DNA of 64,000 nucleotides, from positions 4,751 through 68,750 of the IMG/VR virus record IMGVR_UViG_3300013131_004609; one strand, written 5' to 3'. The stretch comes from a virus. Shown here one piece after another: positions 29,555 to 39,540 of this stretch (positions within the stretch are counted from its first letter, which is position 1; every line of letters begins with the position of its first letter). Made by a program: the position numbers and the translations under genes. The notes under the pieces are model-generated. The model searched no databases, was not told the DNA's origin, and was given only the letters and a program-made list of their open reading frames with translations.

Positions 29555-30109
29555 TTAGACGTTTCTGTTCTTCAATAAGAGACAGTATATGTCGTCTTTT
29601 ATGAAGGATTTAACAATTAGGCCGCTGAAAATTTCATCAATCCTTTCAACTGTCGCATCTTTCCAAAAATCTTTGCCGAAGAGTCTGACGTCGTCTATCA
29701 GAACAAGACAACTAGTGTTCTTTGTTCTGCAAAAATTAGAAACTATCAGGCATTCTTCGATCAAGGGACAGTCCTTTTCACCTCTGCCCGTATCTCCCAT
29801 GGACCAATGACCGTCAAGCCAGAAAACAGTTTTCTTTTCTATGTTTTCTAAAATAGAAGACAGAACTTTAATGCTATCTCCAAGGTACTGTTTGGCGTTC
29901 TTGATGTTACACGCCAAAAAGTTCTGTCGAGTTATGTTGTAATACTTTTCAGAAATTTCTATTGTGTGCATCTCATCGAACAGAGAAGATACTTTTACGC
30001 ACGTTTCGCCTACATGACTTCCTGTCTCTACAAAAGACTTGTAATCTTCTAAAGAAACTTCTAATTCCTCAGAAACTATTTTTAAGTAATCTACGTTGAG
30101 TCTTCCCAT
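29555..30109 (-). CDS. SAM-dependent methyltransferase
   Basis: FVETGSHVG, TIEIS, GDS, FWLDGHWS, LIDDVRLF. Confidence 0.75.
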   Translation of the reverse strand: MGRLNVDYLKIVSEELEVSLEDYKSFVETGSHVGETCVKVSSLFDEMHTIEISEKYYNITRQNFLACNIKNAKQYLGDSIKVLSSILENIEKKTVFWLDGHWSMGDTGRGEKDCPLIEECLIVSNFCRTKNTSCLVLIDDVRLFGKDFWKDATVERIDEIFSGLIVKSFIKDDIYCLLLKNRNV

Positions 30110-30134
30110 GTTTCCCTCTATTAATTTAATTAAT

Positions 30135-31094
30135 TTAATCTGACTTTGTCGAGTGTAAAAGATCAGTCCAGTCGCCTGGTTTTGCTTCATTTGGTCGAAT
30201 GGGATTTTTCAACCATACGCCATCACTCCCTATAAACTTGGAGAATCCAATAGGATTTGCCACTGTTTCTATTGAGTTTGGATAGTCCAGTTCGTAATCC
30301 GACTCTTTAATGTAAGAGTAGTACTTCCACCCAGTATCATCTTTTGCTTGCCAATAATCACCATACCTTTTGTTTCCTCTGACTCTTCCCTGAGTCCCTC
30401 GAGGATCTGTGTATATTGCAATTGACTGAGGAACCGATGACAAAGCTAAAACATAGTTCCTCAAGTACCCATTCTTGATCATATTTCGAACTCTGTATCT
30501 CATCTCATTCTCGGAGTCCATTCCTCCTTCGTGATTTAAATTATTTTCAGACCACGGAAGAACTTTTTCAAGAATGGATCTTTTGAAAATTACGTCGGCA
30601 GCTGGGCTTATTGGGTCTCTTGAAAGATCTGCAAAGAACTTGTTCTTTTTCGACAAAGGTTGTCTCTCTTCTGGGAAAGATCGAATGTCGTGCCCCTTAT
30701 GTGTGGTTTTTCTCTGTGCGTCGAGCATGACACATCCGACTATGTCATCATTCTTTTCATAGAAGTTTATGACATCTTCGAGCCAGCCAGGTAGCACAAA
30801 TTGCATGTCACCCTGCAAGAGGCACAAATACTCTCCAGACGAGTTTGCAACGATCGTATTGAGACCTCTAGCATATTCATTAGAAGGGTCTCTCTGACCA
30901 ATTCTAATGACCTTTATTTCTCTTTCTTCTAGATTCCTTAGGTACTCTTCGAGACCTGGTTCTACCGAAGCATTATCTACCACTATTATTTCTTTGTCTG
31001 TGTAAGTCTCTGTGGTGTCTAAGAGAGACTCGAGACAGCTTTTCAAGTAAAACAGTCTATTACAAGAAACTATGCCAAACGTTACCTTTTTCAT
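30135..31094 (-). CDS. Glycosyltransferase family 2
   Basis: IVSCNR..YLK.CL.SL, IVVDNAS, GLN, GEYL..LQGD. Confidence 0.85.
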   Translation of the reverse strand: MKKVTFGIVSCNRLFYLKSCLESLLDTTETYTDKEIIVVDNASVEPGLEEYLRNLEEREIKVIRIGQRDPSNEYARGLNTIVANSSGEYLCLLQGDMQFVLPGWLEDVINFYEKNDDIVGCVMLDAQRKTTHKGHDIRSFPEERQPLSKKNKFFADLSRDPISPAADVIFKRSILEKVLPWSENNLNHEGGMDSENEMRYRVRNMIKNGYLRNYVLALSSVPQSIAIYTDPRGTQGRVRGNKRYGDYWQAKDDTGWKYYSYIKESDYELDYPNSIETVANPIGFSKFIGSDGVWLKNPIRPNEAKPGDWTDLLHSTKSD

Positions 31095-32134
31095 GTCGTT
31101 AGACAAGATTCTATAATCTCATTCAGTATTGTATTCAAGTCTCTCGTGATAGTCCAATTTGGATAATGAGTCTTGAATTTTGTCATATCACTGATGTAAC
31201 AGATGTGATCACCAATCCTCGATACAGGATTGTAAGAATAATTCAATTTATACCCCAGGTTACTAAGAAGGTCAATTATCTCAATTAAAGATGCGCTGTT
31301 TCTTCTGCACCCGCCTATGTTATAGACCTCACCGGGCCTCGGAGCTTTCATAAATTCATGGAACGCTGTGCAGACATCGTATGAGTGAATTTGGTCTCTT
31401 ACCTGCTTTCCTTTGTAGCCAAAGATAGTGTAGTTTTTATTTTTGACTGCGCACTTGGTTATGTAAGACAAAAATCCGTGCAATTCGACACCTGCGTGTT
31501 GAGGACCAGTTAGACAACCACCTCTAAACACTCCAACAGGCATGCCGAAATATCTGCCGTACTCTTGGGCTAATACGTCTCCCGAAGTCTTTGATGCTCC
31601 AAAAAGAGAGTGGGTCGTTTGGTCAATGGACATGGATTCGCTTATGCCATTCTTGTAAGAGACATCTTCGTATTCGTATCTCTTTTCCATCTCTATCAAA
31701 CCAACTTTATTGGGAGTGTCACCGTAGACTTTGTTTGTACTCACGTGAATGAATGGAGACTCTGGGCAGTTATTTCTTGCTGCTTCAAGGACGTTTAGAG
31801 TTCCTACTGCGTTTGTGCTAAAATCTTCGAAAGGAATTTTTGCAGCAAGATCGTGTGATGGCTGTGCAGCTGAATGGATGACAAAATGAGGTCTATGGAT
31901 GCTGAATAACTCATCCATCTTTTTTGCGTCTCTGATGTCACAATTTTCATGATGGTAGTTTCTGTTTTTTGTCAACTTCTCTGTTACTGACGAAGTGTCA
32001 CCTCCCTCTCCGAAAAATACTTTTCTCATGTTGTTATCGATTCCGACAACTTCATGTCCTAGAGACAAGAAATATGAAGATACTTCTGACCCAATTAGTC
32101 CTGACGCACCTGTAACTAATATTTTTTTCATCAT
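31091..32134 (-). CDS. NAD-dependent sugar epimerase/dehydratase, CDP-paratose 2-epimerase-like
   Basis: TGASGLIG, HSAAQPSH, STNKVYG, FGASK, GYKGKQVRD, R.GD..CYISD. Confidence 0.85.
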   Translation of the reverse strand: MMKKILVTGASGLIGSEVSSYFLSLGHEVVGIDNNMRKVFFGEGGDTSSVTEKLTKNRNYHHENCDIRDAKKMDELFSIHRPHFVIHSAAQPSHDLAAKIPFEDFSTNAVGTLNVLEAARNNCPESPFIHVSTNKVYGDTPNKVGLIEMEKRYEYEDVSYKNGISESMSIDQTTHSLFGASKTSGDVLAQEYGRYFGMPVGVFRGGCLTGPQHAGVELHGFLSYITKCAVKNKNYTIFGYKGKQVRDQIHSYDVCTAFHEFMKAPRPGEVYNIGGCRRNSASLIEIIDLLSNLGYKLNYSYNPVSRIGDHICYISDMTKFKTHYPNWTITRDLNTILNEIIESCLTT

Positions 32135-32146
32135 ATTGAACAACTG

Positions 32147-32788
32147 TTAGTCTTTCTTTTTTACTAAAGTCATGATATACAATTGTGGTCTATCAGGCCA
32201 CAAAAATTTTGTTCTCATTTTGTCGACCGGGTAGTCTATTAGACAAGGTACTTCTAAAGAAACAACATTTTCAATGTTGTCGTTGTTGTTGTAACCAAAA
32301 CTGGGTTCGGACTTTACTGCCAACCAAAATTTTTTTGTTTCTTCGTCTTTCTTGAGATTATCATTCCAATAACAAGAATAAAGAAGATTATCTTCAGCAT
32401 ATGCGTGCTCATGCTCTCCATTCCTTACCCAACCAACTTTATAGTCTCTAAATCGCCAATGGTCTCCGAGACCCCAGTCTACTAATAGACGACCTCCTGC
32501 TTGAAGACTATTCATGCATCTATAGAAAAAGTCCTGTGGGTCTTTAGAGAAGTATGCACACCTAGTGCATACGATTAAGTCATAACTTTTCTGCAAAGTC
32601 CATGGAGAATTGATTTCCCAATTATCGATCGAACGATCGTAGAAGTGTCTCGTTCTACCGTTAATATGCCGTGTGAGATTGTTCTCACACGGAAATCCTA
32701 AGAAGGCAACTGAGTTCACAGAAGTGTCGTTGTAATCTCTTAAAACACTCAAATATTCTTCGAATATGAACGGATCAGACTTACCCAT
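32147..32788 (-). CDS. Class I SAM-dependent methyltransferase-like protein
   Basis: YDLIVC and L..GGRLLVD motifs; in glycan cluster. Confidence 0.55.
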   Translation of the reverse strand: MGKSDPFIFEEYLSVLRDYNDTSVNSVAFLGFPCENNLTRHINGRTRHFYDRSIDNWEINSPWTLQKSYDLIVCTRCAYFSKDPQDFFYRCMNSLQAGGRLLVDWGLGDHWRFRDYKVGWVRNGEHEHAYAEDNLLYSCYWNDNLKKDEETKKFWLAVKSEPSFGYNNNDNIENVVSLEVPCLIDYPVDKMRTKFLWPDRPQLYIMTLVKKKD

Positions 32789-32815
32789 TTGATCTTACTT
32801 CTTGGTATGACTCTA

Positions 32816-33517
32816 TCATAAATTTCCTATAAATTCAAATTCGACTACTTCTTGTGAGCCTATCCAAAATTGTAGTTGCTCACTTAGCGATTTGCTTAAG
32901 TAATTTTTGTCCCACTCGCATGCGTGATAAACAATTTCATTCTTTTCATAAGCAGCTAGATCTTCGAAAGGAGGCGCCGAAGTATAATAGACAACTTTAT
33001 GAAAGTTATTCTCCTCTCCAGCATAAGTGGATTTTGCGTACTCTTTTGGAGACAATGCTAAAACTTGTATGCCGGCATCTTTAGCAGCAAGGATAGACCC
33101 AGGAGACATTCTCCATGCCGGAGGTCTAAACACTGGGGAGAAGACATCTTCTAATCCACTTTCTACCACTACTCTGTTGATTTCTTTAAACTTTGCATAT
33201 GCTTCTTCGTACGACAAAAAATGAAACTCGTCGTTGTCGTTTTTTCCTGGTATTCCATGAAAGTGGCCGTGAAAACCTACTTCGAAGTTTTTCTTAGATA
33301 GACTTTTCAAAGCTTGACAAAAATGTGGGTGTTCGTACAAGTACAAGGGTTTCTCTGTTTTTACTCCTTCTCTAATAGACCTCCAGTAAGCTGTAGGAAC
33401 GAAAAGCGTAAATTTAATGTCAGGAAACTTATCGATTAACTCATGACATCTATCGAGTACATTTATGGAGGAATAAGGGTGTGGAGATACGTCGTCAATG
33501 CTTATGTTGATTTTCAT
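32816..33517 (-). CDS. Polysaccharide deacetylase-like (NodB fold)
   Basis: ISIDDVSP, TLFVP, HGHFH, FRPPAW. Confidence 0.8.
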   Translation of the reverse strand: MKINISIDDVSPHPYSSINVLDRCHELIDKFPDIKFTLFVPTAYWRSIREGVKTEKPLYLYEHPHFCQALKSLSKKNFEVGFHGHFHGIPGKNDNDEFHFLSYEEAYAKFKEINRVVVESGLEDVFSPVFRPPAWRMSPGSILAAKDAGIQVLALSPKEYAKSTYAGEENNFHKVVYYTSAPPFEDLAAYEKNEIVYHACEWDKNYLSKSLSEQLQFWIGSQEVVEFEFIGNL

Positions 33518-34427
33518 GTGCCCACCTTTCAAAAAAGTCCACGTACTCTCTTGCCATGTCCAAAGAAGTCCTTTCATATGAGACATTTTGCAAGTCTCTT
33601 ATTCTTGATTTATCCGACAAAATCTCTATCAGATGATCAAAATCTTCGTATTCAATTCCTCTACTCTGGCAGTACTCATTGATGCTTCCACCATCTTTAT
33701 GATATAGGATTGGTAGACCTAATGCCATGGCTTCCAAGACGTGGTTCGCTCCGGCTTCTTTCTTAGATGCTGTAACATACACGTGATTTTGTGCTAGAAG
33801 TCTAGACAAACTCTCTACGTCTTGTGGACCTATGCTGTTCTTTAGAAAGACTCCCGAAGGTTTTCTTCCGATGTATGTGAATGTTGTGTCACCTTTCGAC
33901 TCACAAAATTTGTCGAGTTTTTCGTAGACGTCAAATCCTTTCATGTTGTTGTCAGACCAGTGGTGAGTCACCAACTTCATCGTTCCACCAGAATATTTTG
34001 TTGACTTCTTTGAATCAATAAATTTTTTCAGAGGAGCATTTGGAATAACAACTGAGTCTTTGATTCCGCTGATGTTGGTGAGATAATTTTTCGCCCATTC
34101 GCTGGGGAATATTACTTTGTCCACAACGCTAGAAGTCCTCTTTAGCACTTCTAGCAAGTCAGGTTTCCCATGCGTCCCTAAATCACCTACTCTCTGTACA
34201 AAAATGTTACCGGAATTCTTTTTTGACATCAAGTCATAGAAATTCGATGCATGATTAGGTCTAGGATCCATACAAAAAATGACATCAAAATCTAAGCTAA
34301 GCTTTATATCTTCTTCAAAAAATAACTCATGACTCCTAGACTTGCATTCTTCAACTATTTCGTTTAAGACTTTAGACCCACCTCCCCAAGGACCAAGAAT
34401 AGGTCTTCTGTTAAAATAGATTTTCAT
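33495..34427 (-). CDS. Glycosyltransferase family 4-like
   Basis: GPWGGG, IFPS, KG, ASKKEAGANHVLEAMALGLP. Confidence 0.85.
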   Translation of the reverse strand: MKIYFNRRPILGPWGGGSKVLNEIVEECKSRSHELFFEEDIKLSLDFDVIFCMDPRPNHASNFYDLMSKKNSGNIFVQRVGDLGTHGKPDLLEVLKRTSSVVDKVIFPSEWAKNYLTNISGIKDSVVIPNAPLKKFIDSKKSTKYSGGTMKLVTHHWSDNNMKGFDVYEKLDKFCESKGDTTFTYIGRKPSGVFLKNSIGPQDVESLSRLLAQNHVYVTASKKEAGANHVLEAMALGLPILYHKDGGSINEYCQSRGIEYEDFDHLIEILSDKSRIRDLQNVSYERTSLDMAREYVDFFERWAHENQHKH

Positions 34428-34515
34428 TAAAAATTTTGCTCTTTTCTTTAATGTGTGTTATTTCATCTTAGAGTGATAGTAACAAATTTCTATAAGACAG
34501 ACGAATAACCTGCTA

Positions 34516-34623
34516 TCAACTTAAGAGATCAGTGATGTCAAACCAATTTTGAAACTTGACCATGTCGTCTCTAAAGTTTCCTGGTGTGGATCTCCAGTTA
34601 TCGTAAATTTCACTTTCGTTCAT
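34516..34623 (-). pseudogene. 35-codon ORF, possible remnant of a deleted gene
   Basis: ATG 2 nt after the upstream stop, MNESEIYDNWRSTPGNFRDDMVKFQNWFDITDLLS*, followed by an ~90 nt non-coding gap in an otherwise gap-poor operon. Confidence 0.3.
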
Positions 34624-34625
34624 TC

Positions 34626-35558
34626 TCAAATCTTTTCTATTAGATGTCTATAGGACTCGTATCCTCGAGGTATCAACCATCGATCGTCTATCCGAGGTAT
34701 TTCGGGAAGTGAAAAATAAACGTCGTCGTTGATCGATTCTTCAGGAAGTACTTGACTTGCAATTCCTACGTCTCGGGACACTACAGGAATTTTTAGCAAG
34801 CCACACTCTATTAGTGACTGTGGTCCACCTTCGTCTCTTGAAGTGACTGGGTATAAATCTAAAGTCTGATAGAGATCTTTAAGTACAGACTGATTTGGTC
34901 TCTCAAAATACGTGTAGCTTACACCGATTTCTTTTAGTCTCGATATGACGTACTGGCGCCGCCATCCCGCCAAGACAACGTGAACTTCACGTGGATTAAC
35001 CTTGGTATCTCCGTAATCTTTTCCCTCTTTGAATAACTTTTCAACGAAGTCTGCAAAGAGATCAGGACCCTTTTCCAGTTTTGGTGACCTAAGATCAAAT
35101 CCTTCGGTGTCTCTCTGAAATGAACCTACGAGGAAAGAATCTACCGGAAGAGAATACTTCCTTCTCAACTGAATTCTGTCTCCTGTGGAGGTCCACAGTC
35201 TTTGGTTCGCCCAGTACGGGATGAGAATCACAGGTTTCTTTGTGTGTAACTCTACGATATCTTTCGTCTTTTTGTTGTAGACGTGATACTCGGTGACGTA
35301 CTGGTCTCTTTCCCTAAAGTCTTTCTTCTTTGATTCGTCGAATTTTTCAGGTACAATGTGATGAACCGTCGCTATCACTTTTTTCTTGGAGAGAACATCG
35401 TGAGGAACGTGTCTCCAGCACCAGCTTGCAAGCAACCAGATAACGTCTGCGTCTCTTGGGTCAGCAGTTGTAATGTCGGAGTTATCTTCAGACCACTCTT
35501 TGACGAATCTATCGACTATCCAATCCTCATTTGCTGTCAATAGAAAAACTTTTCTCAT
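34626..35558 (-). CDS. Glycosyltransferase family 4-like
   Basis: KGPD, DLY...DLY.VTSRDEGGPQSLIECG...PVVSRDVG. Confidence 0.85.
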   Translation of the reverse strand: MRKVFLLTANEDWIVDRFVKEWSEDNSDITTADPRDADVIWLLASWCWRHVPHDVLSKKKVIATVHHIVPEKFDESKKKDFRERDQYVTEYHVYNKKTKDIVELHTKKPVILIPYWANQRLWTSTGDRIQLRRKYSLPVDSFLVGSFQRDTEGFDLRSPKLEKGPDLFADFVEKLFKEGKDYGDTKVNPREVHVVLAGWRRQYVISRLKEIGVSYTYFERPNQSVLKDLYQTLDLYPVTSRDEGGPQSLIECGLLKIPVVSRDVGIASQVLPEESINDDVYFSLPEIPRIDDRWLIPRGYESYRHLIEKI

Positions 35559-35914
35559 GATCGCTTCTTGACTTCATGAACAAAAATTGGAGAGAACGCA
35601 GTTCCATTGAACATCGTAGCGAGCATCGCCAGTTCTTTTGTCGTTATGTTTTCTAGCTTGGCCCTCTTGTCAAAGATGTTCGGATCGAGATCTTCATTTC
35701 CGTTGATGTTGACGGAATCGTAGTACATCTGTGCGAGTAAATTGACTGCCTCGTTTGTGATAGGTATCTGCGACTCCTGAAAGACCTCAACGAGACAATT
35801 GAATATGTCGGTGTAGATGGAGATACACGTGGAGGAGTTGAGCTTCTCCTCCTTGTAACCTTCTAGTTTATTGATTAAAAGTTTGCTTAATGACTCATGT
35901 ATTTGTTTCTTCAT
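35555..35914 (-). CDS. Hypothetical protein in glycan operon
   Basis: 119 aa ORF overlapping both neighbours. Confidence 0.6.
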   Translation of the reverse strand: MKKQIHESLSKLLINKLEGYKEEKLNSSTCISIYTDIFNCLVEVFQESQIPITNEAVNLLAQMYYDSVNINGNEDLDPNIFDKRAKLENITTKELAMLATMFNGTAFSPIFVHEVKKRS

Positions 35915-36809
35915 TTTTGCCTGACGTCTCCCAGAGGCAATCGATGTACTTCTTTGCTACCTCTTTTATGTCCACCGTAGATTCTAATCCATTCCTATTC
36001 GACTTGGACAAATCGAGTTTGGGAGGTCTGTACAGGTCGAGAGGTCTCATGTCCCACTCAACATCTTGTATCACTGTGGAGTCAGGACCTGATATCTCTC
36101 TTGTTCCTCCCGAAGACGAGACGACTATGTCACAACCGGATGCTCTTGCGTCCACCACGACATTTGGGCAGTGATCTAAGAATGCGAGGTGGATGAAAAC
36201 TTTCGATCTCTTGTAGAGAGATATGCACTTCTCCCAGGGAAGGTGGCCTGTGTAGAGTATTCTCGGATCGTTCACGTAGTGATCGGGATTCTCACCTGCA
36301 ACTACGAGACAGGCATCGCTCGGAGCTTTCTCGAGGAAATACCTGATGTTCTCGCTCAAACGCTTGTGAGGACGCCAGGAAGACGAGCAGGTCCACACCT
36401 CTGAGAACTTATCGAGTATTGGATCCTCGAGCGGCTCGATTCTCGTCACACAGTCCAGACAAGTTCCATTGCCTATCACGACGGACTTTTTGACTCCGAA
36501 GTACTTCTCTGTGAGATTCCTGTTGAATTCAGACTGGTACACTATGAGATCTGCAGCTTCGAAAGACTTCTTGATCGGAGCATTATTAAACTCCCAGTCT
36601 TGTCTTGTGTTGAAGTAGATGCCATCGAGTCTAAGAGCAAGTGGTGCAATTTTTCTCGATGCCGTTATGAAAGAGAGCTGTACATCGGCCTCTGAGTCGA
36701 CGAACCTGAACTTATCTCCCATCTTCATGATCTGAGTCTTGAGTCTCTTGCCAAAAGAATTAGGACCGGACGAAGAATTCAGATCGACATTGTCTAGAAA
36801 TATCTTCAA
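35895..36809 (-). CDS. Glycosyltransferase family 4-like
   Basis: SGP..F, VYQS, WRPHKR, DHCPNVVVDARASG. Confidence 0.85.
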   Translation of the reverse strand: MKIFLDNVDLNSSSGPNSFGKRLKTQIMKMGDKFRFVDSEADVQLSFITASRKIAPLALRLDGIYFNTRQDWEFNNAPIKKSFEAADLIVYQSEFNRNLTEKYFGVKKSVVIGNGTCLDCVTRIEPLEDPILDKFSEVWTCSSSWRPHKRLSENIRYFLEKAPSDACLVVAGENPDHYVNDPRILYTGHLPWEKCISLYKRSKVFIHLAFLDHCPNVVVDARASGCDIVVSSSGGTREISGPDSTVIQDVEWDMRPLDLYRPPKLDLSKSNRNGLESTVDIKEVAKKYIDCLWETSGKNEETNT

Positions 36810-37549
36810 GGAATGTACCCTCTTGCTCTTATTGTCTCAGCTGACATCTTCTGTTTGATCGATCTCTCGTTCGTGAACAGATTCTTGTTGGACAGGTCTA
36901 TGTTGTAATGGTATCCTAATATGGGAACGAATTGCAATTTCTTCCCTTCGAGGTGGGAGAGGTACATCATAGGCAGGAATACAGCTTGATCGCATGCGAT
37001 CATGATGTAGTCACCATTTTCGTCCCGAAAGTTTGCATCAGGGACTTTCTTGAGTTGTCCGCATCGAAAAGTCTTTAGATGACTGGACACCCATGGATGT
37101 TGGTATACCGTCTGTCCTGCCTTTAAGTTCATGTGTCCCGATATGTTTTGTGTAGTGTAGCTCCAACGATGTGCAGTCCATGCAACTGCAACTGAATTAT
37201 CTCGATAGACATCATTTAGTACGTAGAGAAGGTCGTTCTCTGTCAACCAATCTCCGCCGTCAAGTCTACATACCACATCTCCGTCATCAATGGATTTGAC
37301 AGACTCGAGTGTGTTTCTTACCTCTCCGTGTTTTTCTCTGTTGTCTATCAGAGTGAACCTATCTCTAAATTTCTTGGGTAGAGATCCACATGTCTCTCTC
37401 ACAAGTTGATCAGTTCCATCGGTCGACATGTCATTTATGAGAACAGCTCTCCAGTTGTCATAACTCTGAGACAGCATGGAAAATATTGTTTTTTCCATGT
37501 CTTCTATGCAATTGAAGTATGGAATTATGAAAACGAATTTATTGATCAC
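36806..37549 (-). CDS. Glycosyltransferase family 2
   Basis: IIPYFN, Q.Y.NW, INDMSTDGT, RLDGGDWL. Confidence 0.85.
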   Translation of the reverse strand: MINKFVFIIPYFNCIEDMEKTIFSMLSQSYDNWRAVLINDMSTDGTDQLVRETCGSLPKKFRDRFTLIDNREKHGEVRNTLESVKSIDDGDVVCRLDGGDWLTENDLLYVLNDVYRDNSVAVAWTAHRWSYTTQNISGHMNLKAGQTVYQHPWVSSHLKTFRCGQLKKVPDANFRDENGDYIMIACDQAVFLPMMYLSHLEGKKLQFVPILGYHYNIDLSNKNLFTNERSIKQKMSAETIRARGYIP

Positions 37550-39483
37550 GATTCTGCTTTCTTGAAAAGAAACAGCTGAGTCATGTAAGAAGGTTCATTC
37601 TTCTTCAACTTCACCCAAGGCGTGGGTTTATTGAAGTCTATTCTGTCATGAAAGATCCAGCCACCCATTTCATTTTTCATCCTAGCAGCAATGTTTCTAA
37701 TCTCGTCGTCACTGACGTCCGACCATTTCTTGTCGAAGAACTTGTTGTTTTCAGGAACATCTTCTTGCACTTGATTATAGAGACTAGTCCAATGTTTTGA
37801 CCAGAAATTCTTGTATGTGTGAATCTTTCTCTCTAGATCGTACCAAGAATAGTGATAAACGCCTGGTATGTTCTCGACGACATTATTCATCCAATTTTCG
37901 TATGACACTAGAGCATCCTTGTTACCCATGAGAGCATGCCGGCGAGTATTCTCCACTTCATTGTTGTAAAAAGTAACATATGGAACGTTCTCTAGAGTAT
38001 CGGAGTAGATGTAGTCGTCTCCGTCAGATCCAGCAGAGTACATCGTACCTTCAGCGTCAAATCTTCTATGACTTTTTGGAAGACCATGAGTTATCTTTGG
38101 ATTATTTCTGCTGAGACGCCATTTCCATGGATTGACGTCGACTCTAATTTTGTCACTTCCACCCCAATACTCTATTACAGGAAGAGCTATGAGATCGACT
38201 CCCTTTGGGAAATTTTTTGCAAGATCTATTATCTTCAGTGCGTCGTCCTCATGGACAACTTCGTCAATGTCTACTTGCCAACAGAATTCTCCTGTGCACT
38301 TCTTTCTCGCTTCTGCTTTTTGCTGACCGTTGAAGAGAGCAAATCTCTTGTCATCCCAGTCTCTGGTGAACTGGAATGGTTTTACTCTTGGATCTATCAA
38401 CTGTATCTCTAGAAGACGCTCCCATGTACCGTCTGTAGAACCTCCGTCTACAACTACAACTTCATTACAGAAAGCTAAGATAGACTTAATAGACTGTTCC
38501 CAAGGATATTTCTGCTCTATGCAATTTCTGGTCTGTGTATAACCGCTTATTGTAGGTTTGTAGTCCATTATTTTACTAATTGCCTTCCAAAAAAGATCAG
38601 GTGTCGTCGACAGATAGTCTTCTATCAAAGATACGTCATCTGTCGAGAACCATTCTTCATCTTTGTGTTGAACATGTTCATTTATATGAAGCTTGCATCC
38701 AAGAAGTTTAGCTTCTATTACCATCCTGGGGCAAGTGTCTCCTCCTGCTGGCAGGTATACAAATCCTTCAGCTGCAGACATCTTCGCAAGTAATTTGTCA
38801 TAAGGAATATTCCAAACTACTTCATATTCTTTCTTGTTATCTTCGCACCACTTCTTTGCAGACTCAAAGCCTTTGACCCAAGACTGAGAGCCAAGAACTA
38901 TCCAACCTTTCTTCTCTTCTGACTTTATAGACTCGCGCAAGATTCTGAGAGTTGATAAAGTCTTTTTTGAGAACACAGAAGAAAGAACTATGTTGTCTTT
39001 CTCTGACAAGAACGGGAATAAACAATGATACTTATCTTTTTGCTTCTCAGACATCCACCAAAGAGCTTGAGCACCGTAGTAGAAAGCTGATATCAACTTT
39101 CCATTGATCTGTTCATGGCAGTCACAAATACTTCCTGTTGCAAATTTATGTTTTTCTGGGGACCTAAACTTACAGTATTTGTAGTCGTATTCCAGGACAG
39201 TGTACTTCAAATTTGCTACGATGCTTGGAATCAACTCGGGATTCATTTGTGAAAAATTACCAAAGATCCAAAATTTCTTTACACCTTGACTTAGAGTTGC
39301 CAAGTTTACATCTCTTGAATGTAACTTCTGAACCTTGTAAGGTGAAGAAGAGATGATTGACTCTGAAGTCATCTCTGCTCCTCCTGCATAGTCTTCTTCA
39401 AAGAGATCTGCCACAAAAACTACGTCGACATCTTCTCTTATTATTTTATTTGGGTTCACAAATATCTGATCAGCAAAATTCAT
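37546..39483 (-). CDS. Bifunctional glycosyltransferase (GT4-like N-terminal + GT2 C-terminal)
   Basis: GGAE..S, KG, DTCPRMVIEAKLLG then VVVDGGSTDGT, QVDIDE. Confidence 0.8.
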   Translation of the reverse strand: MNFADQIFVNPNKIIREDVDVVFVADLFEEDYAGGAEMTSESIISSSPYKVQKLHSRDVNLATLSQGVKKFWIFGNFSQMNPELIPSIVANLKYTVLEYDYKYCKFRSPEKHKFATGSICDCHEQINGKLISAFYYGAQALWWMSEKQKDKYHCLFPFLSEKDNIVLSSVFSKKTLSTLRILRESIKSEEKKGWIVLGSQSWVKGFESAKKWCEDNKKEYEVVWNIPYDKLLAKMSAAEGFVYLPAGGDTCPRMVIEAKLLGCKLHINEHVQHKDEEWFSTDDVSLIEDYLSTTPDLFWKAISKIMDYKPTISGYTQTRNCIEQKYPWEQSIKSILAFCNEVVVVDGGSTDGTWERLLEIQLIDPRVKPFQFTRDWDDKRFALFNGQQKAEARKKCTGEFCWQVDIDEVVHEDDALKIIDLAKNFPKGVDLIALPVIEYWGGSDKIRVDVNPWKWRLSRNNPKITHGLPKSHRRFDAEGTMYSAGSDGDDYIYSDTLENVPYVTFYNNEVENTRRHALMGNKDALVSYENWMNNVVENIPGVYHYSWYDLERKIHTYKNFWSKHWTSLYNQVQEDVPENNKFFDKKWSDVSDDEIRNIAARMKNEMGGWIFHDRIDFNKPTPWVKLKKNEPSYMTQLFLFKKAES

Positions 39484-39540
39484 CTAAATTTTCTCTATTC
39501 TGATTTATTTACACTCTAGAAAGTACTGACAGCTGAGGAA

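Noticed and set aside
19545-39483. Bacterial O-antigen or capsule locus
   Set aside because: No flippase, polymerase, chain-length regulator, ABC exporter or initiating transferase; continuous with phage genes on both sides
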